From assembly GCA_039030515.1 (NCBI GenBank), contig JBCCEA010000009.1, positions 68,534 to 132,533 on the forward strand: a DNA stretch of 64,000 nucleotides. The letters are read 5' to 3'. The translations under genes were made by a program, and so were the position numbers. The notes under the pieces are model-generated. The model saw only the letters and a program-made list of their open reading frames with translations, made no database searches and was not told where the DNA came from. Every line of letters starts with the position of its first letter. Positions within the stretch are counted from its first letter, which is position 1. Positions 30,540 to 39,989 of this stretch are shown here, one piece after another. The stretch is from Myxococcota bacterium. GTDB taxonomy: Bacteria > Myxococcota_A > Polyangia > Polyangiales > Houyiibacteriaceae.

Positions 30540-32216
30540 ATGAAGAAAGCCGAATCCAAGCCTTTGAAAACATCTGGTTATGACCCAGATGAAACGGTCG
30601 CAAGTTCATCGTCAGAGCGACCCACGAGTGCAGAAAAGCTTGCACGATTCGGTCTTTATAACCCGATGGAGGACGCGGTTACGTCCTCGCTCACTAGCGC
30701 GCTAGATGATTTTTGGGAGCCTGAGGATCTGTCCGGGCGCCTGGTTTTTGGCAACTACATCATCGGGGACCCCATCGGAGTCGGGGGCATGGGGACGGTA
30801 TACCTCGCCACCCACTCGGAGCTCGGAACCAAACTTGCCGTCAAGGTCCTCCATCCTCAGCACACGGCGAATCCACCGATTTTGCGACGATTCATCGACG
30901 AGGCACGCGCCGCCTCAGCGATGGAGCATGAAAACATCATCCAAGTTCTAGACGCAGGCAGCCTCGACGACACGCGTCACTACATTGCGATGGAATATCT
31001 GGAAGGCTGCACTGTCGCCGACCGAATCCGCCGAGGCTCCATAGATTTGCGCGAAGCACTCACGATTTTACTGGAAACGGCCGCCGGTTTGGAAGTTGCC
31101 CATGAAAAGGGAATCATTCATCGCGACTTGAAGCCGGGAAATCTATTCCTTCAAAACAGTTCGGGCAGAGAGGGCCCGACCCTCAAAATACTCGATTTCG
31201 GAATCGCAAAGCTCCAGAAGGACGATTTGGGCGGAGGCCAAACCAAGACCAATACGGTTCTGGGCACGCCACACTACATGTCCCCTGAACAGGCACGCGC
31301 TTTGCCAGACATCGACGGTCGCACGGATGTCTACGCGCTCGGACTTATCGCCTACGAACTCTATGCTGGAAAGCGACCCTATGAGGCGAAATCAGCAGGC
31401 GATCTGATCTTTCAGATGTCGGCATTCACACCTTCCACACTCGCATCGATCTGCCCACATGTACCCTCGGTGCTTTCAGAGGTCGTACAGTGGGCGATGA
31501 GTCTCGAACGTGAGGCACGCCCTCCCAATGTACGCATGCTGGCTCATGCCCTGATTCGAGCGACACCCGGAGGCACCGATGTCGCTCAAGCGGTTGCCCC
31601 CAAGTTTTTGGAGGATTTCGATCCCCATCATTGGGAGTTTGAACTCCGTAAAAAACCTCTGGACCGCCGGATCGTCGTTGCGCTTCTGACCACGCTCACT
31701 TTGGGACTAGGTAGCTTGGGTGTTGTCTCATTCAATGACTGGCAGGCAGAACAACAGCTTGAGGCGTCGATCGCAAAGGAGCAGGCAGCCGAGACAGCGG
31801 AGCCAAACGAATCCTCCATCGAGAGCATCGAGAAGAATACTGCACCCACAACGCCAGTACCTAGTCCGCAGAGTACACTTGTGCGCGTAGAAAGCGAACC
31901 GCCGGGCGCACGCGTCATGATCGCCGGCGTCCTAAGCGGCACCACGCCAACCGACGTAGAGGCCACCATCGGAGAGCCGCTACGCATTGCACTACGCCTA
32001 CAAGGGTACGAGCCCTTCGAGACCGCAGTGGATGAAGTCGAACCCGACCTTCGCATTTCCACATCCCTTGCACCGCTCCACACCCGACGATCGGGATCCT
32101 CGAATCGTCGTCGTTTGCGGGGCGGCAATCGCGGCAAAACCCAGTCAACACAATCTTCGGAACCGAGTACGATGAGTCGACCTCCCGATTTGGAAGACCT
32201 ATTCGACGCTCGCTAA
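30540..32216 (+). CDS. Membrane Ser/Thr protein kinase with PEGA domain
   Basis: GVGGMGTVY, AVKVL, HRDLKPGN, DFG, GTPHYMSPEQ; TM segment; VESEPPGARV..GTTP PEGA. Confidence 0.95.
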   Translation: MKKAESKPLKTSGYDPDETVASSSSERPTSAEKLARFGLYNPMEDAVTSSLTSALDDFWEPEDLSGRLVFGNYIIGDPIGVGGMGTVYLATHSELGTKLAVKVLHPQHTANPPILRRFIDEARAASAMEHENIIQVLDAGSLDDTRHYIAMEYLEGCTVADRIRRGSIDLREALTILLETAAGLEVAHEKGIIHRDLKPGNLFLQNSSGREGPTLKILDFGIAKLQKDDLGGGQTKTNTVLGTPHYMSPEQARALPDIDGRTDVYALGLIAYELYAGKRPYEAKSAGDLIFQMSAFTPSTLASICPHVPSVLSEVVQWAMSLEREARPPNVRMLAHALIRATPGGTDVAQAVAPKFLEDFDPHHWEFELRKKPLDRRIVVALLTTLTLGLGSLGVVSFNDWQAEQQLEASIAKEQAAETAEPNESSIESIEKNTAPTTPVPSPQSTLVRVESEPPGARVMIAGVLSGTTPTDVEATIGEPLRIALRLQGYEPFETAVDEVEPDLRISTSLAPLHTRRSGSSNRRRLRGGNRGKTQSTQSSEPSTMSRPPDLEDLFDAR

Positions 32217-32219
32217 TTC

Positions 32220-33278
32220 ATGAACCGAAGAAGAACAATCACCGTCGTTTCTGCGCTATTGTTCCTCATCAACTCAGCAACGGCCCAAGAGGAACCGTCT
32301 GGAGATCCTCCGACTTCTGGCGAGGCGGATTCGCTTTCTCGTGAGGAGCGTCTTGCTTTGGCAGAGCAGCTCTATCGTCAAGGCAGAGAGCAGATGGACG
32401 CTGGAAGGTACGTGCAAGCCTGCGAGAGCTTTGCCGCAAGTCTACGTTATGACTCAGGTACCGGGGGCACTCTTTGGCACCTGGCCCGTTGCAGAGAACG
32501 CACCGGTGATTTCGCCAGCGCCTGGGCGCGCTATAGCGAACTGCAAGGTTTCGCTCAGGGATTGGGAGAGCGCGACAAGGCTCAAGCCGCTCTCGAGCGT
32601 GCTCAGGCCATAGAATCCCGCATACCGAGATTGACGATTCAGGTCTCTAGATCGGCATCCAACGCGGGTGTGCAGATATCTCACAACGGAGGGGTACTCG
32701 ATGCAGCCGCGTGGGGCTCAGGCCTGCCCGTGGATCCTGGAACCCATCTCGTACTCGCTAGCGCACCGAATCATCTCGACTACCGCCAACACATTCTCAT
32801 ACGTCGCGATTCGGAAGGTGCGACTATCGAGATACCACCACTAACCCCAGAGCCATCTCCACCGGACACTTCAAGCCTACCCGAGGAAGTAACCCTAGAC
32901 GCAGACGCGCTCGATCCCTGGTACCGGTACACCATCGGATGGTCGCTCGCGGGCGCTGCCCTCACTTGCTTTCTGACCACGCCTTTTCTTTTTGAGCACG
33001 GCAGTACACTCGATACCGACGCGAGCTCGGAGCGCGACTTCGAAGCACAAGAGCGCGTTCGGCAGCAGGCACGACGCTACCGCGCCGCTGGTTTTGGTTT
33101 GCTAGCCGGGGGCTTTGCATTTTCTATCTCCAGCGCTCTGACGTTTCTGTTTCGGCCAGAGTCCGAAAAGCCTCTGGAAATCGACGGGGGCGTGGGAGCA
33201 ACGGGAGCACATTTGAGCGCTACTTTTTCTTGGGGACGCACAACGTCTTTGAGTTCCGAAAAGTCAGAGCACCTATGA
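32220..33278 (+). CDS. Exported TPR/PEGA-like protein
   Basis: Signal peptide; ACESFAAS..LARCRE..ASAWARY; PVDPGTH; C-terminal hydrophobic segments. Confidence 0.75.
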   Translation: MNRRRTITVVSALLFLINSATAQEEPSGDPPTSGEADSLSREERLALAEQLYRQGREQMDAGRYVQACESFAASLRYDSGTGGTLWHLARCRERTGDFASAWARYSELQGFAQGLGERDKAQAALERAQAIESRIPRLTIQVSRSASNAGVQISHNGGVLDAAAWGSGLPVDPGTHLVLASAPNHLDYRQHILIRRDSEGATIEIPPLTPEPSPPDTSSLPEEVTLDADALDPWYRYTIGWSLAGAALTCFLTTPFLFEHGSTLDTDASSERDFEAQERVRQQARRYRAAGFGLLAGGFAFSISSALTFLFRPESEKPLEIDGGVGATGAHLSATFSWGRTTSLSSEKSEHL

Positions 33279-34102
33279 GAACACCACGATCAAGAAAGGT
33301 TTCCGGTTCTTTGATGTACATCCTGGTCGGTGGCTTTTTGAGCTGCGCACTCATCAGCTGTATCGACGGCGTTTCAGAAACGCGATGCGTTTCCGATCAG
33401 GCATGTCTACGAGACCGGGTGTTCGGACAGTGCGTCAGTGGCTACTGCGCTTTTGATGATGGAACATGCTCTTCAGGACTGCGTTTCGACCAGACCGCGG
33501 CCGCTGTTCTTGCGGGTTCTTGTACTTCAGAATCTACGAAAAACGATCTCAACCCTTGTGGAGGAACCACGATCTTGAAGGGGACTCCGGGAGACGCTTG
33601 CGGGTTGTGTTCATCTGGCACTCTTTCATGTGCAGACGCCAATACGCTCATATGCACAGGCGAGTACCGATTTGTGGAGGAAGTGAACACAGCTCAAGTA
33701 CAGGCCTCGTCTACCTCCCCAGATAAAATGTCGTCGGTAGAGAATATCTTAGACGGTAGCCTTGAAACTTCTTGGTTTACCGATCAGTCAGAGGCAACGG
33801 TGACATGGACTGCAGAAGGCATTGACTGCATTGACATGTTGCGATTAAACGGGAATCAGTTTCACAACCCATCCGAGTTTCGCCAAGGCTTCGGCTTCTC
33901 CGTCGTTCAATTGCGACTGCTCGACTCTTCCGACGTCGAAGTCTATCAGGAGATCTTCAATTGGGGCCCAGAGATCAATACCGCTAGCTTCAACAGCTTC
34001 GGGCCGATCACAGCATCCAAAATAGAACTCATATTCTCAAGTCCAGAATCATCTGAACGAGCAGGGTTTAGTGAGATGAATGTGTGGACTCGAATTCGAT
34101 GA
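33275..34102 (+). CDS. Cys-rich lipoprotein with discoidin/F5-8C-like domain
   Basis: ATGA overlap with the upstream gene; ALISC lipobox; ASST...DGSLETSW...FSEMNVW; paralog of 34790-35491. Confidence 0.65.
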   Translation: MRTPRSRKVSGSLMYILVGGFLSCALISCIDGVSETRCVSDQACLRDRVFGQCVSGYCAFDDGTCSSGLRFDQTAAAVLAGSCTSESTKNDLNPCGGTTILKGTPGDACGLCSSGTLSCADANTLICTGEYRFVEEVNTAQVQASSTSPDKMSSVENILDGSLETSWFTDQSEATVTWTAEGIDCIDMLRLNGNQFHNPSEFRQGFGFSVVQLRLLDSSDVEVYQEIFNWGPEINTASFNSFGPITASKIELIFSSPESSERAGFSEMNVWTRIR

Positions 34103-34127
34103 TCACGCTTCGGGAACGTCGGGTGGT

Positions 34128-34196
34128 TAAAAAGAATGCCTCTGAACTCGCTCTCATAGTGGTCAGACTACGGAAATTGTTCAGAGGCATGTTTTA
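34128..34196. repeat. Inverted repeat between convergent genes (terminator-like)
   Basis: ATGCCTCTGAAC / GTTCAGAGGCAT perfect 12-bp arms flanked by A and T runs; inner TAGT-n6-ACTA. Confidence 0.65.
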
Positions 34197-34212
34197 GTCA
34201 AGGACACCTGGC

Positions 34213-34752
34213 TTATGGCCGGTGCCTTTCAGATAGATTCTTCAGAATTTCAAATAAACCTTTTGGGAGGTGGTATCTCAAGCTACGTTTTCCAAACGTA
34301 ACGATAGTACGGTCGTCAACAAGTAAGCCATTGGAATTAGGCTCGACTCTTTTTGAGTTTACGAACGTTCCATTTTTTGAGTTGGCGTCTACTAAGAACC
34401 ATTGGTTCTCTTTCGAGATAAAGTAAGCGTGAAACTTCGAAACGCTGCGATGCAGAATTTGAATATCGCTTTGCTTCGTGCGGCCGACGCTGACCCGATC
34501 CGAATAGGGGCTATCTTCGCCCTTGCACACTTGAATCACTTGGAGGTCTGGCATGGGTTGCACCGTCGGCACATTTCGACCTAAAACACCCGAATTGTCG
34601 ATTTCCGTATGGAATTTATGCTTCTGCCGATCTTCGATAAGACCGGTATCCAGAAGAACAGGATGCGGATAACGACTGATGAATTCAGGACAGCCGAGAC
34701 GGGTGGCCTCGGCTGCAAGTGACTTTAATGTATGAGGGTGTGTATTTTGCAT
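34213..34752 (-). CDS. Stand-alone FHA domain protein
   Basis: SVGRT..DI...SVSKFHA...DANSKNGTFVN. Confidence 0.88.
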   Translation of the reverse strand: MQNTHPHTLKSLAAEATRLGCPEFISRYPHPVLLDTGLIEDRQKHKFHTEIDNSGVLGRNVPTVQPMPDLQVIQVCKGEDSPYSDRVSVGRTKQSDIQILHRSVSKFHAYFISKENQWFLVDANSKNGTFVNSKRVEPNSNGLLVDDRTIVTFGKRSLRYHLPKGLFEILKNLSERHRP

Positions 34753-34789
34753 AAACGATTACTAAATAGACAACTTTCTATCAGATCGA

Positions 34790-35491
34790 TTAGTTACTCA
34801 CAGCATTGATGACCAGTTCGGAAAAGCCGCCACATAGGTCACTCTCATGATCGGCCAGGCTCAACACGATACGATCTGCCTGCACGCCGCCTTCATAAGT
34901 CACGGAAACGTTTGGATCAGACTGCGTCTGTGGATCGTTTTGGGACACATCTTCAACACTCTGCGCCACGCGTTCCTGACCATCAAACACATCAACGGTT
35001 ATCGTACCAAAACCAAAGCCATTCCGGAAGTTCACGTTGTCGTGGGTTGAAAGACTGAGCACGTCAATGGAAGTGATACAGGAAGAACTGCCGGTCCAAG
35101 TATAAGTGCTCGGCGCGCCTCCTTCTTTGGGACCGGAAGAGAACCACGCCGTGCCAAGATTGTCATCGATGGAGAGCTCCTTGGGAAACTTGGGATCGAA
35201 CGTGGAGGACGCTTCCACCGTTCCACCAGCCGCCACATTTGCGACAACTGTCGCCTCGTTCGCACACTCCAAGGTATCTTCGTCGACGCAAGTCCAAATG
35301 CCGGTATCGCATGCGCCACAGGGCTGACCCGGAACTGCCGTAGCGTCGGACAATATGGCGGTTCCACCGCAAGCGTTCAGTCCACTCACTCCAGAGCCGC
35401 CATCCCCAGCCATACCGCTGCTGTCATCGTCTCCACACCCGAGCGCAAGCAATCCTGCGCAAAGAGTCCCCATAAACACTTTCTTACTCAT
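34790..35491 (-). CDS. Cys-rich lipoprotein with discoidin/F5-8C-like domain
   Basis: MSKK..LLALGC lipobox; ASST..SIDDNLGTAW..GFSELVI. Confidence 0.7.
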   Translation of the reverse strand: MSKKVFMGTLCAGLLALGCGDDDSSGMAGDGGSGVSGLNACGGTAILSDATAVPGQPCGACDTGIWTCVDEDTLECANEATVVANVAAGGTVEASSTFDPKFPKELSIDDNLGTAWFSSGPKEGGAPSTYTWTGSSSCITSIDVLSLSTHDNVNFRNGFGFGTITVDVFDGQERVAQSVEDVSQNDPQTQSDPNVSVTYEGGVQADRIVLSLADHESDLCGGFSELVINAVSN

Positions 35492-35667
35492 GTACACTTC
35501 CCCCTGAAGAGTTGGGATTTCGACCAATAGTCGTTCTAAAATCCCGGAAAAAAATACCATATCTCATTGTATTTTTTCACTATAAATACAGCTAAACTGA
35601 GAGGCCGGATGGTAAAACGATGGAACAAACGCGTCATGCATGCGGGCCTTCCACCTAAAATTCAGAT

Positions 35668-36327
35668 ATGTGTTCTTGGGAGCGAGCGGTGGGTTACGCT
35701 TTTGAAAGGGTTTTTTATTTGATCTCCAGGACTCGCTCGAACCTTCAACGAATCAAGATCGCCTTGTTGGAGGGATGCGTTCTTGTGGGATGCTTCTTGC
35801 TGTGCTCCGGGCAGGCAGGAGCACAGCAATCCACCGAGATGGACGACGACTTCGGCGGGAGAGTGAGTGAACAGACCGTTCGAGCGATGCTCGGCGGATT
35901 TGAAACCACGATCACTATCGCCAACTGGCAGGAAGTTGGCGCAGCGGCGCTGCCTATACTCTTAGCTGTCTATCGAAACGACTCGGAACCCGGATTTGTT
36001 CGGCTTCGAGCGATGGCAGCCGTCGCAGCTTTTCCCAGTCCTGAAACATTCCGATTCCTCAATACAGAGGCCACACTGCCGGGACAAGACGAAATATTCA
36101 TACGCACTGCGCTTTTGACACTGAGTCGCGCATTTGCTGAAGAAGCGACCAACTCACTTGCTACACATCTTCTTCACCGAGCTCCAGCCGTGCGAGAGGC
36201 CGCATGTCGCGCGCTGCTGGAACTGCCGCGAGCTCGGGCTATGGTGAGCGCACACCTGCTGAAAGAAACCAACAGCGGAATCCGACACTCGATCGAACGA
36301 ATGCTTCGACGCACCCCTATTCGTTGA
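35668..36327 (+). CDS. Exported HEAT-repeat-like protein
   Basis: Signal-like segment; VRLRAMAAVA and PAVREAACRAL helical repeats. Start uncertain. Confidence 0.55.
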   Translation: MCSWERAVGYAFERVFYLISRTRSNLQRIKIALLEGCVLVGCFLLCSGQAGAQQSTEMDDDFGGRVSEQTVRAMLGGFETTITIANWQEVGAAALPILLAVYRNDSEPGFVRLRAMAAVAAFPSPETFRFLNTEATLPGQDEIFIRTALLTLSRAFAEEATNSLATHLLHRAPAVREAACRALLELPRARAMVSAHLLKETNSGIRHSIERMLRRTPIR

Positions 36328-36356
36328 CTCCGATGTTGTTAATTCCAGCGCCGAAG

Positions 36357-37238
36357 TTATAAGTCGATACAAGACACGCTTGCGGCTGTCCCTTCCTTCC
36401 CCAAAAACCGACCCGCCTGCTCCTGAAATTCACCAGGCAAATCGGTTACCAGCAAACGGAGAACGGGGGACTCAGAGCCACTCTTTTTTCTGGTGCGACG
36501 GAGTGAGCGCGCATCCAAACACTCGGCGACCGCAGCCGCTGTTGCAGCCGACCCATCGACGACCTTCGCATCGGCCCCGAACAGTGTGCAGGCGCAATTA
36601 CTGATTGCAGTACGAAGGAGCGGATAGTGAGTGCAGCCCAATACGACAACGTCGGGAGATTGGGGCAAGAATCTCTTCAAATACTGCAGAACCACTTCAT
36701 CGACGATCGGCCCAGAAAGCCAGCCCTCTTCGACGAGCGGAACCAGCAGAGGCGCAGCTTTGGCAAATACTTCAACCCGACAGCTCACACCCGCAACTGC
36801 ACGGGTATAAGCACCACTTTTGACAGTTCCCGTGGTTGCGATCACCGCAATCCGACCTGTTTTAGAAGCCTTCACCGCAGCGGCAGCTCCCGGTACGATC
36901 ACGCCGAGCACCGGAATGTCTAGTTCCGCCCGAAGCACATCGATCGCAACGGCGCTAACCGTATTGCACGCAACGACCAACAACTTGATATCGAAATCTC
37001 GAAGTCGGGCTGCGCAAGAGCGTGCATATCGGATTACGGTGCTTGCACTACGTGTTCCGTACGGAACCCGCGCGGTGTCTCCGAGGTAGACGAGGTCTTC
37101 TTCTGGAAGCTGACTTCTGAGCGCCTGAACAACGGTAAGCCCCCCCAGTCCTGAATCGAATACGCCAATGGGTGCATCCAGTTGCATCGTCGCACCAGTC
37201 CTCCACAAAGCCGACTCCATACCGAGCCGTGACTCCAC
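36357..37238 (-). CDS. murI: Glutamate racemase
   Basis: FDSGLGGLTV, DTARVPYG, VACNT, LGCTHYP. Start may be 37187. Confidence 0.96.
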   Translation of the reverse strand: MESRLGMESALWRTGATMQLDAPIGVFDSGLGGLTVVQALRSQLPEEDLVYLGDTARVPYGTRSASTVIRYARSCAARLRDFDIKLLVVACNTVSAVAIDVLRAELDIPVLGVIVPGAAAAVKASKTGRIAVIATTGTVKSGAYTRAVAGVSCRVEVFAKAAPLLVPLVEEGWLSGPIVDEVVLQYLKRFLPQSPDVVVLGCTHYPLLRTAISNCACTLFGADAKVVDGSAATAAAVAECLDARSLRRTRKKSGSESPVLRLLVTDLPGEFQEQAGRFLGKEGTAASVSCIDL

Positions 37239-38459
37239 TCAAAAAGAGCCCTGAATCTCGACGCCAGCCCGAGCCTGCCCGGTGCTCAGCGTGACAACCT
37301 CCACGGCAGGACGAGCTCGCACTCTGCGGTACAGGAGCGCACCGCCCGCTGCAGCCGACACAACACCAGCAGCTATCAAACCAAAGGAAAAGGCAGCTAC
37401 GCGGCGCTCGCGATCCCGATCGCTTCCTGAGGCCCCATCAAGAGGGTCATTGGAGCGCGAAGCCGATGACTCCTGAGCCCGAACGCTGAACACGGCGGCA
37501 AGCAAAGTGCCGACGGTAGCCGTGCCTAGCCCGGCAAAAAGAAGTGCGGCACCTCTATTTATTCTGGTGTCCCGAACAGCTCTTTTGAGAAATTCTGGTT
37601 CTTCAGACAACAAAATTGCGCGCACCGAGTACTCTTGTCCTGACTCCACAGGGAACTCTATTTGGTGGACGAACGACCGGTAGCCCTCGGCTCGAACGGA
37701 CAGTCGCCGCGCATGTGATGGATGCAGGGGAACCCGCAGAGCACTGGCTGGATCCGCTACACCCATGAGTCGCTCACCGAGAAACACTTCGGCGCCCGCG
37801 ACGTTCACTTCTATCTTCAATATCCCGCTCTCTATCGCTTCATCAGTTGAGGCGTCCGCCTCATGTTCGGAGAACAGCTCGTCCACCGCGTTCGATAACG
37901 CCCGAGCGATCTCAGAAATGCTGCCTTCACCCTCCCGGTAGGTGGTGCCCAGCAATCGGTCGCGACGCGGGTCAAGTCGATGAAGGGTAAACGACCAGTC
38001 TGCTGCATCTCGCGAATCCAGGATACCTACGACAACCTCATCCAAATCAAAGAAAAGTGCGATCGACGAGACACATGAAGGATTGCCGACGCATTCAACG
38101 GCCCCCGCTTCTCCACGTCCCAATCGGGCGAGAAATTCCTCCTTACCTAATACCTGCAATGTTTCCGAATCTTGGGCGATCCGAGCGGAAACCAAAGGGA
38201 TCAAGAGCTCAGAAAGCGCGTCTGCCTTTGCGGTGGCGGATGCATCCACGGACAGCAACATGACCGAGACCTTGGAGCGTGTCTCTTCATCGAGCTGCCG
38301 CATGCCGGGCGACCTATGCTGCGCGCCGTCAAACTCCGCATAAGCCTCCCGAACGTCAAAAACCCACAGCGCCGCTAAAGCGAGTACCGCTGCGAAAGTG
38401 ATTCGAAATCGGCCCAAAAGCCAGCGCATTGCGGCGGAGCATACGCGGAGCCCCCACAA
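37239..38459 (-). CDS. PEGA-domain exported/membrane protein
   Basis: Signal peptide; C...C N-domain; VNVAGAEVFLG..VRAEGY PEGA; C-terminal hydrophobic segments ending GSF. Confidence 0.65.
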   Translation of the reverse strand: MWGLRVCSAAMRWLLGRFRITFAAVLALAALWVFDVREAYAEFDGAQHRSPGMRQLDEETRSKVSVMLLSVDASATAKADALSELLIPLVSARIAQDSETLQVLGKEEFLARLGRGEAGAVECVGNPSCVSSIALFFDLDEVVVGILDSRDAADWSFTLHRLDPRRDRLLGTTYREGEGSISEIARALSNAVDELFSEHEADASTDEAIESGILKIEVNVAGAEVFLGERLMGVADPASALRVPLHPSHARRLSVRAEGYRSFVHQIEFPVESGQEYSVRAILLSEEPEFLKRAVRDTRINRGAALLFAGLGTATVGTLLAAVFSVRAQESSASRSNDPLDGASGSDRDRERRVAAFSFGLIAAGVVSAAAGGALLYRRVRARPAVEVVTLSTGQARAGVEIQGSF

Positions 38460-38512
38460 ACGGCTACTGATTCTGATACTCTTGGTCGCAAGATCTGAAT
38501 CTGCAGCACAGC

Positions 38513-39979
38513 ATGCCTTCCTCTCCTACCCTATTGATCGTCGACGCAGATGTAGCCATGCGAGCTTGTCTAACCAGCATGGTGCAAAGCATCGATTTGG
38601 AGCCGAGCTTTATTCGATCTTGCTCACTTTCGAAGAAGATTTGTAAGGAGCCCGCGGTCATTCTATTCGCTGGAGCTGCATCGAAGTCTCGAGAATGTCT
38701 CCAGCGTCTACGAAACCAAGAGCATCTTTCCGACGTTCCGATCCTCGCTCTTTGCTCTGAGACTCCGGAAGAGATTGCCAACGCATTTTCTGCAGGAGCA
38801 AACGACGTACTCACCCTGCCCGTTCGCTCCGGTGAACTGCTTGCTCGCATTCAAGCTCAGATGGCACTCAAACGGCATCATAGGCGCGACAGCTCGAACG
38901 CATACCGTAGCTATGAAAGCGAACTGAGGATCTCACCTGGCTCGTGTTATGCGCATATGGTCACTTCCTCATCATTCGGGATTACCGTCGTTAGCCACTC
39001 CGGCGTTCTTCTCTTTGCCAATCCTCGCGCGCATCAAATTACGGGATGCAACAAAAAGCAACTCGCAGGCAGCTCTTTAGTTGAGCTCTTCAAAGAGAGC
39101 GAGCGGGAGCCAGCCCGACAAATAGTTGCAGGCTTTATGAAGGATCGATATCCCCAAAACGTAGAACTCACTCTGACCTCAGGAGAGAACAGCGATCCTC
39201 GAGTCGTCGTAGGCTCCTTCGCTCCGGTCACCGGCAGTGAGCCATACGTGCTCTTTTCGTTTCAAGACGTTACGGAAAAGCGGCAAACGGAAAACGAACT
39301 GAGGAAAGCGCGGGATTTTTTGGCGTCTCTTATCGACGCCAGTCTTGAAGGAATCGTTGCTGCCGACGTCGACGATACGATCGTACTATTCAATAAAAGC
39401 GCGGAGCGAATCTACGGATTGAGCGCAGATGAAGTTCTCGGCAAAAGACGCTTCAAGTCGCTGTTTCCCAAGGGGGAAGCGGAACATGTTCGGGCGCTGC
39501 TTCACTCCGAAGAGCAAGGGGGAATCGGACGCATGGGCCCAGTGCGTATCGACATCTTCGATCGGCATAGTCAAAGGATTCCCATTTCGTTTTCAGCTGC
39601 ACTGATCTACGACGAGGGCGTCGAGCTAGCGAGCTTTGGAATCTTCACCGATCTGAGAGAGCAAATGGTCATCGAAGAGCGACTCGCTCAAGCGCAAGAG
39701 AAACTCGCTCTTTCCGAGAAACAGATACTGATCGCGGAGCTCGCGGGAACGGCGGCTCACGAGCTTAATCAACCACTCACCAGTGTTTTGGCCTATGCAG
39801 AATTACTCACCCGAAGACTCTCCTGCGGATCTCCAGAGCACAACGCGGCCGCAGTCGTGGCTTCCGAGGCCAACCGAATGTCAGAGATCATCAAGAAAAT
39901 CGGTAAAATCACAACGTATGAAACCAAGAGTTACGTGGGCGAACAACGGATCCTAGACCTCGAAAAAGCATCGGAATGA
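38513..39979 (+). CDS. Pseudo-receiver + 2 PAS + HisKA protein lacking HATPase
   Basis: Degenerate receiver; two PAS domains; AHELNQPL H-box; ends before any N/G boxes. Confidence 0.85.
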   Translation: MPSSPTLLIVDADVAMRACLTSMVQSIDLEPSFIRSCSLSKKICKEPAVILFAGAASKSRECLQRLRNQEHLSDVPILALCSETPEEIANAFSAGANDVLTLPVRSGELLARIQAQMALKRHHRRDSSNAYRSYESELRISPGSCYAHMVTSSSFGITVVSHSGVLLFANPRAHQITGCNKKQLAGSSLVELFKESEREPARQIVAGFMKDRYPQNVELTLTSGENSDPRVVVGSFAPVTGSEPYVLFSFQDVTEKRQTENELRKARDFLASLIDASLEGIVAADVDDTIVLFNKSAERIYGLSADEVLGKRRFKSLFPKGEAEHVRALLHSEEQGGIGRMGPVRIDIFDRHSQRIPISFSAALIYDEGVELASFGIFTDLREQMVIEERLAQAQEKLALSEKQILIAELAGTAAHELNQPLTSVLAYAELLTRRLSCGSPEHNAAAVVASEANRMSEIIKKIGKITTYETKSYVGEQRILDLEKASE

Positions 39980-39989
39980 AGTTCGTCGG

